From contig NC_042999.1 in the NCBI RefSeq assembly GCF_006345805.1, forward strand, positions 104,222,001-104,286,000: a stretch of 64,000 bases of DNA. Direction: 5' to 3'. This document shows, piece by piece, positions 27,640-40,547 of this stretch; position 1 is the first letter of the stretch; every line of letters starts with the position of its first letter. The position numbers and the translations under genes were made by a program. The notes under the pieces are model-generated. The model searched no databases. It was not told where the DNA came from and saw only the letters and a program-made list of their open reading frames with translations. The stretch comes from Octopus sinensis. Lineage: Eukaryota.

Positions 27640-28245
27640 ACATACATATAGTTCATAGATGAGAATCAGATATTCTCCATACAGAATACACTTAATAGTG
27701 CTCAAGAGGTTTAAACTTGAGCAGGTAGAGGAGTAAATGTAAGGATAAGCAAGTTAGGCAGATCAATATACAAAATATATTAAATACATGAAATACAAAA
27801 ATGTATATATGTTTACACACAAAGAGGTCTAACTTACACAGAATAGAAATGATATGAAGAACTAAAGCGGTTGAAGAAAACTATTGTGAATCCAACAGCT
27901 GTTTCTGGGGGCTGAGTGGTCCAAAATAATGTTTGTAGATTGATTCCATTGTCAGATGAGACGAGCCTCCGTCTTCAGGGAAGAGGTCTTACATATGAGG
28001 TGTTGACAGAAAGAAGATCAAAGATAGACTCTTTCCATCCTTATTTTGGACCACAGAGTCCCCAGAAACAGCTGTTGGATTTGTAATACTTTTCTTCAGT
28101 CCCTTTAATTCTTAATATCATTTCTAGACTGTGTAACTCAGTCATTTTTGTATGTAGACATATATACATATTTTATATTTCATGTATTTAATATACTTTG
28201 TATTTAATATACCTTGACCTGCCTAACTTGCTTATCCTTATATTT
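27640..28245. mobile_element. Head-to-head inverted pair of the same hammerhead-bearing element
   Basis: 27650-28030 on the minus strand and 28045-28245 on the plus strand share ttattttggaccac...cccagaaacagctgttggat in inverted orientation. Confidence 0.7.
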
Positions 28246-28249
28246 ACAT

Positions 28250-28305
28250 ACCCAAATGGCTGAAGACAAGCCACACACTTGAAACTCAGAGTCTGAATCA
28301 AACTG
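28250..28305 (+). ncRNA. Type I hammerhead ribozyme-like motif
   Basis: CUGAAGA-c-aag-ccacaca-cuu-GAAA-cucagag-UC (GUC triplet); stem I poor. Confidence 0.45.
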
Positions 28306-29101
28306 TTTTGATCTATACATATAACTCCCAATAAATGTGTTGAGTGCTCTTCTTTTGTTTGTCTACTCACTTGTATATATATATATATATATATACTAGT
28401 TAATAATGAAGGGTACCAACATGCTAAAATATCAGTCAGAAACGACTTAAGACCACAAATTTTCATCAATACACAAAGGTGAAATCGAGGAAATGGGCAA
28501 AAAATAATCCTAAGACCCTATACAAATGATAAAAAATCGGGAATTGAAAAGCCAGATATACCTGTATTGCAGCAATTTCAAACTTTATGAAAACATCACT
28601 TAGTCATCCTCAATGAGTCTTACTGACCTCTAGGGTCATAGAACTTACCCATCTCAACCAATGTGTGCGATGACCATTTTTAATGCCATAGCAAATTTAA
28701 AAAGGTAAGAAAATTTGTGGTCGAATCCAGTGTTGTGTAACTGGCACATTAAAAGCACTTTTCAAGTACTGGGCCTCATGGAGGCAATGACAAGTGTCCA
28801 AGACCTTTGGCAATATGCTGCGCTAGACCTGTCAAGCCAAGTGAAGTCGTAGTCACAGCAGATACTGGTGTCACACCTCTGGCACCCATGCTGGTGGCAT
28901 GTAAAAGCACCCATTACACTCTTGGAGCGATTTTCGTCAGGATGGGCTTCCAGCCATAGAAACCATGCTAAATCAGATTGGAGTTTGGTGAAGCTCCTCA
29001 GCTTATCAACCCTGGTCAAACCGTCCAACCCAGGCATTAAATAATGATGATGATGATGATGATAATGAATATGTATAATATATATATATATATATATATA
29101 T

Positions 29102-29151
<50 letters not shown>

Positions 29152-29802
29152 AAAAATACACACATACACATATGTTGAAACACTTTCATCAAATGAGACC
29201 ATCCAGGCAGATTTTTGTTGATAAAACTTCCTGTATAGCTGTTTAAAATCTAAAAAATCAACAATCAAAGGATCTGTATTCTACTTACATTTACTGAAGT
29301 CTAAATTTTTAAATACCATGTACTTTATTTAATATCTGCCAGGATTTTTTAATCTCATTTTTCTTCTAATTATATGTATGTATCATCATCATCATCATCG
29401 TTTAACGTCCGTTCTCCATGCTAGCATGGGTTGGACGGTTCGACCAGGGATCTGGGAAGCCAGAAGGCTGCACCAGGCTCCAGTCTTATCTGGCAATGTT
29501 TCTACAGCTGGATGCCCTTCCTAACGCCAACCACTTCGTGAGTGTAGTGGGTGCTTTTTACGTGCCACCTGCACAGGTGCCAGGCGAGGCTGGCAACGGC
29601 CACGGTCGGATTGGTGCATTTTACGTGCCACCGGCACGGAAGCCAGTCGGGGCGGCGCTGGCATCGGCCACTAGTCGGATAGTGCTTTTTACGTACCACC
29701 AGTCCAGGGGTCCTGGCTGGTTCAATTCGATATATATATATATAGGGGCAGGGGAGGCTGTGTAGTAAGAAGCTTGTGAGACGGAAACTGAAAGAAGCCC
29801 AT

Positions 29803-29849
<47 letters not shown>

Positions 29850-30248
29850 GTATGTATTTGTGTGTCTGTGTGTCCCACACCATCGCTTGACAACCAATTT
29901 TGGTATGTTTATGTTCCTGTAACTTAGTGATTTTGCAAAAGAGACCAATAGAATATGTATTAGGCTTACAAAGAATAAGTCCTGGGGTCAATTTGTTTGA
30001 CTAAAAGTGGTGCTCCAGCATGGCCACAGTCAAATGACTGAAACAAGTAAAAAGAAAGAATATATATATATAAATCATTAGGTAAATATATTCAATAAGA
30101 ATATTATATACTGAATTTATATTAAGTGCTCCATTGTATAAATAATATTAATACTATTAAAGTATTTATGTATTTAATATGAGCGATATAAACATTTATT
30201 GTATTATTATTTGTTGTATAATTAGATATATTTATTGCTTTTAAATTA

Positions 30249-30297
<49 letters not shown>

Positions 30298-30750
30298 CAT
30301 TATTATTATTATTATCCATTTATTATCTATTATATTTTTGATATTTATTTATTTATATATATATATTTAATACATAAAGTCTTTCATATGGGTATATCTT
30401 TGTGAAAAATTCGATATTGATTTCCTTATATTAATAATGATAATATATTATTTATATATATATAAATATATATATATATATACACATACATATTAAATTT
30501 TGATTTAAAAACAACTTTAATAATGTAAACATTATTGGTCTCATATAAATAGTGAATGTGTTTTGTTTATATACTCTTTTACTCTTTTACTTGTTTCAGT
30601 CAGTTGACTGTGGCCATGCTGGAGCACTGCCTTTAGTCGAGCAAATCGACTCCAGGACTTATTCTTTGTAAGAATAGTACTTATTCTATTGGTCCTTTTT
30701 GCTGAACTGCTAAGTTACGGAGATGTAAACACACCAGCAAACACATAAAT

Positions 30751-30781
<31 letters not shown>

Positions 30782-31054
30782 CATATATATGACGGGCTTC
30801 TTTCAGTTTTCGTCTGCCAGATCCACTCACAAGACTTTGGTCGGCCCGAGGCTATAGTAGAAGACACTTACCCAAGGTGCCATGCAGTGGGAATGAACCC
30901 GGAACCATGTGGTTGGTAAGCAAGCTACTTACCACACAGACACTCCTGTGCCTATATGCCAAATTTGCTGCAGTAGAGCATCCAGGGAAAGCTCCCTACG
31001 TGATGCTGAGTGTTAAGAAGTGCGCTAGACATGCTAGACAACTCACCCCAAGGT

Positions 31055-31115
31055 GACTGAAAGTGATAGATATTAAAGTTTCGCTAATGTCTATAGCTCC
31101 TCAGTCGCATTTACT
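31055..31115 (-). ncRNA. Type I hammerhead ribozyme-like motif (decayed)
   Basis: CUGAGGA-gcua-uagacau-uagc-GAAA-cuuuaaua-UC; stems I and III imperfect. Confidence 0.5.
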
Positions 31116-31379
31116 AGATTCACCTTGAAATGAATTGAATCACTGGTCTGGGACACAAAATTAAATTTCGATTTAAAAGCAGCTCTAGTTATGTAAACAA
31201 TATCAGTCTCACACACACACATACACAGAGTCTCACACACACACACACACACACAGAGTCACACACAAATTTGATTGGGGGAATGGAGTGATGCTGATTA
31301 TAACTACCACTATAGTTGAGAGGATATGCCTCTGATGGTCATTCTACATACTAAATATAACTACAGTAAGGTCCTACAT

Positions 31380-32260
31380 ATGTTGAAACACTTCCATCAA
31401 ATGAGACTCTCCAAGCAGCTTTTTGTAGCTAAAACTCCTTTTAGAGCTGTTTAAAATCTAAAAAAAAACAACAATCAAGGGAGGGAATTCCAGTAAGATC
31501 AGTTGATTTTAAGTTTTCTGCAACATCAGCAACAGAATTTGGAGTTATCTGGTCTTTAATGTCAACATGGGAATGCAACCCTACTGTAATTGTAACAAAT
31601 AACCTTAACAGCAAAGCTTCTAAAGCCAAATCTTCTGCAAAATAAAACTCCACTGTTTTAAACAAGGAAGGACACACCAGATAATGTTGATCTAGATACT
31701 TCTGAAAAGGTTGTTACTAGAATGCTTTTGATCAATAAGTATTTTCAAGTTTGTCTTGGGCTAAACAAAACAGCCTTAAGTCAGCCTTAATTGAGTAAGC
31801 CTTTGACCAAAGGTATTTCAGCTGCAATCATCTTTTCAGACATGGTTTATTTTAGACTAAGATAATTGCATGTGATTTAAGAGAGATTTTGCTGCTACTT
31901 CAAGCTGTTCAAGGCTCCGTCATTGCCAATATTTTAGTTTATTTTATATTGTAAATAATATAATGCAAGCAAGTGCTTATATTGTGCATGCTTTGGAATG
32001 CAATGCCTCCACAAGTACATCACTTGGCCACTGCTTGTTACCAAACAGTTGTTTGATCCACTAATGCTTAAAGGCATAAAGCAGCTCTTATTTGATTAAA
32101 CCACCTCTGGTACTTCCCTTCCTTGCATCATCAGATCACTAAATGACCTCTAGTGACATCCTTACTGCAATAAATTTAACAGACAATTTTCATAGGCAAA
32201 AGCAAAGATGGTTTCTTATTGCATTTCTTCTGTTATTTTATATAAGCTGCACTTCTTGTT
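31380..32260 (-). pseudogene. Decayed coding-like segment, unidentified (pseudogene or old transposon ORF)
   Basis: Long same-frame runs broken by stops, e.g. ELLYAFKH*WIKQLFGNKQWPSDVLVEALHSK...RSLEQLEVAAKSLLNH and EDLALEALLLRLFVTITVGLHSHVDIKDQ. Confidence 0.35.
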
Positions 32261-33419
32261 GGCTAGATACAAACAAATTCTCCACAGATGCCTGTGGATT
32301 TTGTCCAGTACTCTAACATTTCTTACAATCCAATGCCATTGACTGGGACTTTATTTTATTGGCCCTCTCCCCAACCTCACCTAAAAGATGAAAAGCAAGG
32401 TTGACATTGGCATGGTTCGAACTTAAAGCACAAAGAACTGGAACAAATATTATACAGAATTTTTTCAATTTTTGTAATGATTTTGATAATCCACTGCTTT
32501 TAGCACTCTACTGATATTTGTATTAATGACTCTGGATCAATGTAAAGTAAAAATTGATCTTTGCAGGATTTGAACTCAAAATGTGCAGAACTATAACTAA
32601 ATACCACACATAGTATTTCGTTCTACACCCAAATGATTCTTCTGCTCATACATTACTCTCAGTATACCTGTAATTCAAAACAACCTATTTTGTTACACAC
32701 AAATATTATGTAAGTAATTTAATCAGGTGTTATATACTTAATGCTAACTTGATAAAAATAGCTTTCATCTGAAATCAATTTATTGCAGTGTGTTAAGAGT
32801 GGAGCTACAGGAATAATGATGTTTTAAGAAGACCACATACAGACCAGCAGCACAACAAAGCCTCTTTCCAATGCCTGCATGGGCGTGGTAATGAGGAAAC
32901 GCTCTGAATTAATCTTTAGTATTATTCTTATTGCAATAACACGAGGCATTGGTGCGAGACATTATGTTCTCATGTATTGTATTGACTACTTTGCTCACTT
33001 ATTTTTTGCTAATGTATTTAGAATGAAATGCAATAATTTTCTTTCAAATAAAGAAATATATAAAAATATACTAAAAAAAAATCTTTAATGATATTGTGGC
33101 AAACTAGTCAACTGGTTGTTCCTGTGAAGACTCTAGTTAGCTCTGATCAAGTAGACTTATCCTGTGTAGGTGGTCAGCTGAAGGATGAAGTGTGATACGC
33201 AGTTTGATCGTTCTAGATTATACTATACCCAGTCTAGCTGAGTTGCATTCTGCACACTGCCATGTGTGGTAATAATCATATGGATTATTTGGTGCCAGGC
33301 AGGACATCTAGCCATAGAAACCATACCACATTAGACACTAGAGCTTGGCATAGCTCCCTGGCTCGCCAGCTCCTGTCAAACAGTTCAATCCATGCATGGA
33401 AAATGGACATAAAATGAGA

Positions 33420-33431
33420 ATAATGATGATA

Positions 33432-33484
<53 letters not shown>

Positions 33485-33500
33485 GGTGGTGGTGGTGGTG
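33420..33500. repeat. Compound (GAT)n-(GGT)n microsatellite at the tail of a family-B repeat
   Basis: Direct reading. Confidence 0.9.
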
Positions 33501-35329
33501 GAGTAACTGTGGCAGTGTCACAGTTTGGGCATGCTGTACTCCTTGACTTTTGGAGGATTTGAACTCATACTGCAAAGAAAGGGAACTAATATTACAAGGC
33601 ATTTTTTTCTTCTGGTGTTCTGAACAGCTCTGTCAATTTGCTGCTTCCTAGTGTTTTACCTGCATTTTTAGATTATTAGCCCTGAGTTAATTGGGGTACC
33701 TGTGAGAGACCTTCTTCCAGAGGCAATGACATGCTAAATGACTCATAGCTTGGATCTAGATAAGTGCTACTTCTTTGGGTCAGAGTAGACCTGGGAACAA
33801 TAGGGGCCAAGAGGTGGTTCCACATTCCTGAAAACTCTGAAACTCTTGGACTAAGGCTCCATATTTTGAGTACCTGTGATACAACTTCTAAGACTTCTTC
33901 CCACTCTCTAAATTCCATTTCATTGCCTTTGATATATAGGAATCAAAAGCCAGTTGACATTTAATTTTTTTATCAGTAAGGCACCATAGAAATCAAAATA
34001 TCCACCCATATTGCTTGTCAAAGTGACTTCCATATGAAATTAATCATATAATTCATCACTTAATGTTTTTGTTAGCAATATTTATAATAAAACATACCAA
34101 CTGTGTATTCTAGTTAAATTTGAAAAATAATGAATTCAGAGAAATTTCTTAAAATAAATAATGTTTTCCAATAAAGAACATAACTTATAAAAAATGGGGT
34201 TTTGAATAAAATAATGATGGAAGGTTATTATTTAAATAAAAGTTATAAACGCTATTTCTTGTACTTAGTATTTTTTCATATACACGCTCACTCACAAATG
34301 CACACAACCAATATCTCTGGCTGGTTGTATTTTAACTTGGTATTCAGTTATGTTTCAGTCATGTGATTGTGGCCATGTTGGAGCACCACCTTTAGTCGAG
34401 CAAATCGACCCCACTTATTCTATCGGTCTCTTTTGCTGAACCCCTAAGTTACGGGGACATAAACACACCATCATCGGTTGTCAAGCAATGTTTTTTTTGG
34501 GGGGTTGGGGTGACAAACACAGACACACAAACATACACACATACATATATATACATATATACGACAGGCTTCTTTCAGTTTCCATCTTCCAAATCCACTC
34601 ACAAGGCTTTGGTTGGCCTGAGGCTATAGCAGAAAACACTTGCCCAAGGTGCCATGCAATGGGACTGAACCCAGAACTATGTGGTTCGTAAGCAAGCTAC
34701 TTACCACACAGCCACTCTTACACTTACTGTTTTAATTTATAAGTTCCACTAATATTCTTTTGATCCATCAGCCACAATATGTTCATCATCGTCTGTTGTT
34801 ATCCTATTCTAGACTGTTCTGGCCACCACATCATGCCTCATGGGAAAAAAATAGCCAGAAGGCATTATCTAGCAGTTGGCAATAATATGGTTGATGTCTT
34901 CTGTCTTGTTCTTGCACAGCCCACATTTGTTGTCTGTCAACATTTTCTGCCTTTTATGCTGTAGATACTTGGTGGGGATCTCTTCTTGAATTGCATGGAG
35001 GTAGCCTTTGAAGTGGATTGTCATAAACTTATCAGTAAACGCCATGCCAAGTTCTTGACATGATCAGTCCCTTCTAAGGTTTTTGCTTTTTATGTGCTAA
35101 GTACCCACGTACTATATTCTCAGTGAACTAGTCCATTTTTTAAATTCTGTTCTTCTGATAAAAATATTTTACCAATGCTCCTTGGGCAGAGATCTTTATC
35201 AGCTCTTATTTCATAACTACCCTCAAACTTATTAGCTATCCTAATAGTTGAGCTGCAGAATGTGTGTATGTATGTATGTGCACATACACACACACACATG
35301 TTTTATATATATATATATATATATAATAT

Positions 35330-35374
<45 letters not shown>

Positions 35375-35385
35375 ACATACATACA

Positions 35386-35418
<33 letters not shown>

Positions 35419-36017
35419 CAATATATATATATATATTCTTGTATCTCTGGAGGGCCATTACATCAATAGCACAAAAATGAAACCTTTTGAAAAAAAATTA
35501 TGTATTTTCATTTTTAAAAATCTGTATTATGCAAAACAAACTATGACCTGACTGATAAAACTGTTTCAAAACATCAAATATAACAAAGATTAGAAAAACA
35601 CTGGAAATCTTAAAAGAATTTAAGTAATTTAATACTTTCCACATATGTTGTAACTCTATTGCTAAAGACAAACAATTTCACTGGCACTATTAAAGTGTCC
35701 ATACATATAATTTGACCTTTCAAGAAAAAAGGAAACATTATGAAACTAGTTTAATTAAATAGACTTCAATACTTTCAGTTTTTCATAAAGTTTCTAATGG
35801 TGGTGTTTTATTCTTGTTGTTGTGATGGTGTGCTTACATTTTTCTCTCTTTATTCCCCTCTTGCTTCTCTCTCTCTTATATTTGAATATAAATTTGTGGC
35901 TTTATATACACATACATAGACATACATACATACATACATACATATTATATGTATACTCACATGTACACACATATACATGCACACAAATGTATACATTTCT
36001 ATATATATGTGTGTGTA

Positions 36018-36113
<96 letters not shown>

Positions 36114-36729
36114 GGATGCATGCACATATACGTGCTCACACATAAATGCACACAAACATATATATATACCCATGTATATGTATGTATATGCATTATATAC
36201 ATATATGTTTATGTGTTTAAGAAGCTTGCTTCCCAGCCATGTGGTTTAGGTTCAATCCCATTGCACAGCACCTTGGACAAGTGTCTTCTATATCTCCAGG
36301 TTAACCAAAGCCTTATGAGTGGATTTAGTATTTGGAAACTGAAAGAAGCCTATCATATATGTACATGTGTGTGTGCATGTGAGTGTGGGAGAGAGAGAAA
36401 AGTGAGAAAGAGAGAGAGAGAGTGTGTGTGTCCTCATATCTTGAGATCATATTTTGGTTGCAAATGAGCATTCCTCTCATACAAATGGTGTTTGTTTTCA
36501 ATCTTCCATGAAAAACCTGTTAGGTATTTGGAAATAAGTGATGTTTGATGATAGAAAAGGCATCCAACAGTAAAAAATTCTGCTTCAACAAATCCCATCT
36601 GACCATGAACTTTATTCATGGTAAAGCAGACATTAAAATGATAATGATACATGCATACACACTTACATATATACATCACACACACACATACATGCAAACA
36701 CACAGACACACATGCACACACACACACAT

Positions 36730-37100
36730 ATCCATCTTTCAACTTCTTTCTGTCAACACTTCAAATGTAAGATCCCTTCCTTGAAGATGGAGGCTCAGCT
36801 CATCTGACAATGGAATCAGTCTACAAATACTATTTTGGACCACTGAGTTCTCAGAAACAGCCGTTGGATATGTAATACTTATCTTCAACCCCCTTTAATT
36901 CTTCATATCATTTCTATTTTTGTTTGTAATCATATACACATTTTTTTGTATTTCACGTATTTAATATACTTTGTATATTGACCTGCTTAACTTACTTATC
37001 CTTACATTTACTTCTCTACATGCTCAAGTTTAAACCTGTTGAGCACTACTAAGTGAATTTTCATAGAGAATACCTGATTCTCTTCTATGAACTACATCAA
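36730..37100 (+). mobile_element. About 370-bp non-coding element with a hammerhead-like core (Penelope-terminus/retrozyme-like)
   Basis: TTGAAGA-tggaggctcag...ctgagttctca-GAAA-cagccg-TT; homologous to 27650-28030(-) and 28045-28245(+). Confidence 0.6.
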
Positions 37101-37605
37101 TACATACATATATGGAACATTCCCATCAAAACATCTGTGAAATGTAAATATAACAAGTTGAATATTGTTGTTTGGGACAGACACGAAAAAGTTTGTAACT
37201 CATAGAGGTCACTGGTCCTGTTGATATGGATACTTCTTTGAAAATCAAAGAGAAAGAAGGTAACTATTGACAACTGCTTTGAGACCTCCAGCTTCTAAAT
37301 AATATTTTTACATTTAGTCCAATAATAATTAGTGCACTTGATTTTGTGCGTAAATGTGATAAAAAGCGACAATCTGGATAAGTTAGGGTTTCCAGAAAAA
37401 GAAATCAACTTGGTAACTCGTACATTACAAATACAGTCCATAAGTGGGACACTAAAAATATGTGAAACTTTTTTTAAGTTTAAAATGTGACATCGTTTTT
37501 GTTAACTACATACCAATGATGGAGCTTTGTATCTTTGTTAGAAACCAGTACTTTCTTCAGAGGAAGAATTTAAATAACTAAAAACAGATAAGAACATACA
37601 TACAT
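37095..37605 (+). mobile_element. R4/Dong-like RLE LINE 3' end (second family)
   Basis: Degenerate KYNKLNIVVWDR...IEVTGPVD...PIIISAL...LQIQSISGTLKICETF; ends in (TACA)n. Confidence 0.72.
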
Positions 37606-37921
37606 ACAAATACACAAATATATATTTTCACTAGATACACTCTGTGGGGGAAAAATCTTTCACTCTCTCTATAGTTTTCACTTCATACACACACACACAC
37701 ATTCTTTTATTTGTTTCAGTCATTTGACTGTGGCCATGCTGGAACATTGCATTTAGTCGAACAAATCGCCCCCAGGATTTATTCTTTGTAAGCCTAGTAC
37801 TTATTCTATTAGTCTCTTTTTCCGAACTGCTAAGTTACAGGGATGAAAACACACTAACACTGGTTGTCAAGTGATGGTGGGGGAACAGACGTACAAACAC
37901 ACACACACATACACACATACA

Positions 37922-37953
<32 letters not shown>

Positions 37954-38124
37954 AGCTCTCAGAGTGGTTGGCGTTAGGAAGGGCATCCAGCTGTAGAAAC
38001 TCTGCCAGATCAGATTGGAGCTTGGTGCAGCCATATTGTTCGCCAGTCCTCAGTCAAACCGTCCAACCCATGCTAGCATGGAAAGTGGACGTTAAACGAT
38101 GATGATGATGATATATATATATAT

Positions 38125-38657
38125 ATGTTAAGGTATGTAGAAAAATACAACATGGACAAGAACGTATAACTCTTAGAAGACGATACAATAAACACGGACA
38201 AGACATTCGAAACCCTCAGTCTTCAGTCAAGAACCGGATCATCGTAGTAATTTCGGCTGATTAATCTTGAGATTACTAGATCACGGCCAACCCTCCAAGA
38301 AAAACTAAGCAACGAGCATTAGAAAAACTAAGCTGGGAGCGTAGATTTCCTGGAAGAAGGATCGAATGCATACGGACACCAGGACAGCCAAAGGGACGAA
38401 TATAAAAAAACAATGGAATACAGAAACATGAAATACAGAAGCATTAACGGTGAAAACAACAACAAGTGTCTTACGACTGATAACAAGCAAACAAATTTTT
38501 TCTCTGGCGCAAGGAAAGGAGCCTTATCGGCGATGCCTATAGCGGCGGACGAAAAACAACGATGTTAACACGACGCTGGTCAGAAGCTGAAAGGCAGATT
38601 TCGGCCAGCAGTCACGTGACAGAGAAGAGAGAAAAGAAAAGAAAGAGAAGCAACGGA

Positions 38658-38688
<31 letters not shown>

Positions 38689-38930
38689 GAGGGACAAACG
38701 CGACAAAGAGCGAGAAGAGAGAGAAAGAAGGAATCAGAGAGGAGAAGGGATGGGTGTCGAAGAGCGACCTGTGAGTGCAGAGCGAGACAAAGAAATAGGA
38801 GGGTAGTGGAAGATTAGACCAAAGAATCAGAGGAAAGAGAAGAGAAAAAGAGGATGAGTAGAGAGAGAAGGGGACAGATCGAGTAAAAGTGAGAGAGAGA
38901 GAGAGACAAACAAAGAGTCGTACCAGTTAT
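38125..38930. mobile_element. Unclassified CpG-rich non-coding element between (TA)n tracts
   Basis: Many intact CpGs, GA-rich right half, flanked by TA repeats; left terminus resembles 16745-16780. Confidence 0.45.
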
Positions 38931-38962
38931 TAAGAATATATATATATGTATATGTGTGTGTG

Positions 38963-39006
<44 letters not shown>

Positions 39007-39431
39007 CAGGTATATACACCATCATTATTTTCTTCATCACTTAATCTCTATGTTTTATGCAAGTATGTAGAGAAAATGAAATCTATAACTATCATAGTAG
39101 TTTCCTTATAATTCAATCTTAGTTTTTCATCTGAAGCAGTTTCAATCAGTCTTTCACCATAGAGGACAGTTTGCCTGTTGGAAAAGATGTCTATCAAGGA
39201 CTAGGAACATAATTCCATGTCTGAGACATTTTGCATAGGAAGAGACTCTGAATGATTACATGATGAAAGTGAGTATTTATGTGTATATGGGTATATATAA
39301 AAATGCATATAAACACATATAACAAATATATACATATATAAATATATGTATATATACATGCACACACACACACACACATATATATACATATATATGCATA
39401 TATATACATATATATGCATATATATGCATTT

Positions 39432-39498
<67 letters not shown>

Positions 39499-39658
39499 CA
39501 AAGTATGCATACAAATGCATATGCATATGATTAGATATATTTACACACTCACACACACACGCATATATATTTATGTGTACATGTGTATACATACACATAC
39601 ACACAAATATATGGATACATGCATATGCATATATACAAACAAATATATATGTATGTAT

Positions 39659-39706
<48 letters not shown>

Positions 39707-40081
39707 GCATATTAAACATCCTGTGAAATTCTTTCAGTCTTCTCATATACGAACATATACACACACACTTACATACATGTATGGCAGAGTACTGGAAGAA
39801 ATTAATTCCTATATTCCCACTTGATAGGGAATGTTCAGGAATTATGATATTCTCATATATCAGCCCTTGTTAATGTGTATATATGTTGTATAAACAAAGT
39901 TAGAAACAATGAATGAAAGATCTGATATTAATTCTCACTGACACATCTCTTAGCAACCAACACTCCCTGGAATTTAGGGACCTGAATTTATTTTGACACA
40001 AACATTGTATCTCCTGTCTTGTTTGTGCTTATATGTATTTGTAATGTGTAAATGTGTGTCAGTGTGTTTGTTTGTGAGACA

Positions 40082-40208
40082 GTGTATGTATGTATGTATG
40101 TATGTATGTATGTATGTATGTATGTATGTATGTATGTATGTATGTATGTATGTATGTATGTATGTATGTATGTATGTATGCATGTATGCATGTATGTATG
40201 TATGTATG
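40082..40208. repeat. (TATG)n microsatellite
   Basis: Direct reading. Dense (TA)n, (CA)n, (GA)n and (TACA)n tracts also at about 2140-2260, 16680-16745, 35300-35430, 36010-36115, 39290-39710, 43030-43290 and 62067-62297. Confidence 0.95.
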
Positions 40209-40447
40209 TAAATATGGGGTAGTGATGCAAATAAACACACTTGGGCTTGATGTATATAAAATATACATCTATACAGGGTTAGCTGTGTGGTAAGAAGTTT
40301 TTTTCCCAGCCATATCGTTCTGGATTCAGTCCCACCACGTGGCATCTTGGGCAAGTGTCTTCTACTATAGCCTCAGGCTAACCAAAGCCTTGTGAGTGGA
40401 TTTGGTAGATGGAAACTGAAAGAAACTCATAGTGTATATAAATAGTG

Positions 40448-40519
<72 letters not shown>

Positions 40520-40547
40520 TATATATGTATGTATGTATGCATATATA

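Noticed and set aside
28249-28740. Apparent minus-strand exons LHNTGFDHKFSYLFKFAMALKWSSHTLVEM and DQNSLIQTLSFKCVACLQPFG with matching phase
   Set aside because: The first acceptor lies inside a family-B repeat and the second segment coincides with a hammerhead motif. Probably coincidental, though RNA-seq should confirm.
38190-38270. Permuted (type II-like) hammerhead arrangement
   Set aside because: Stem I cannot form and stem II register is off.
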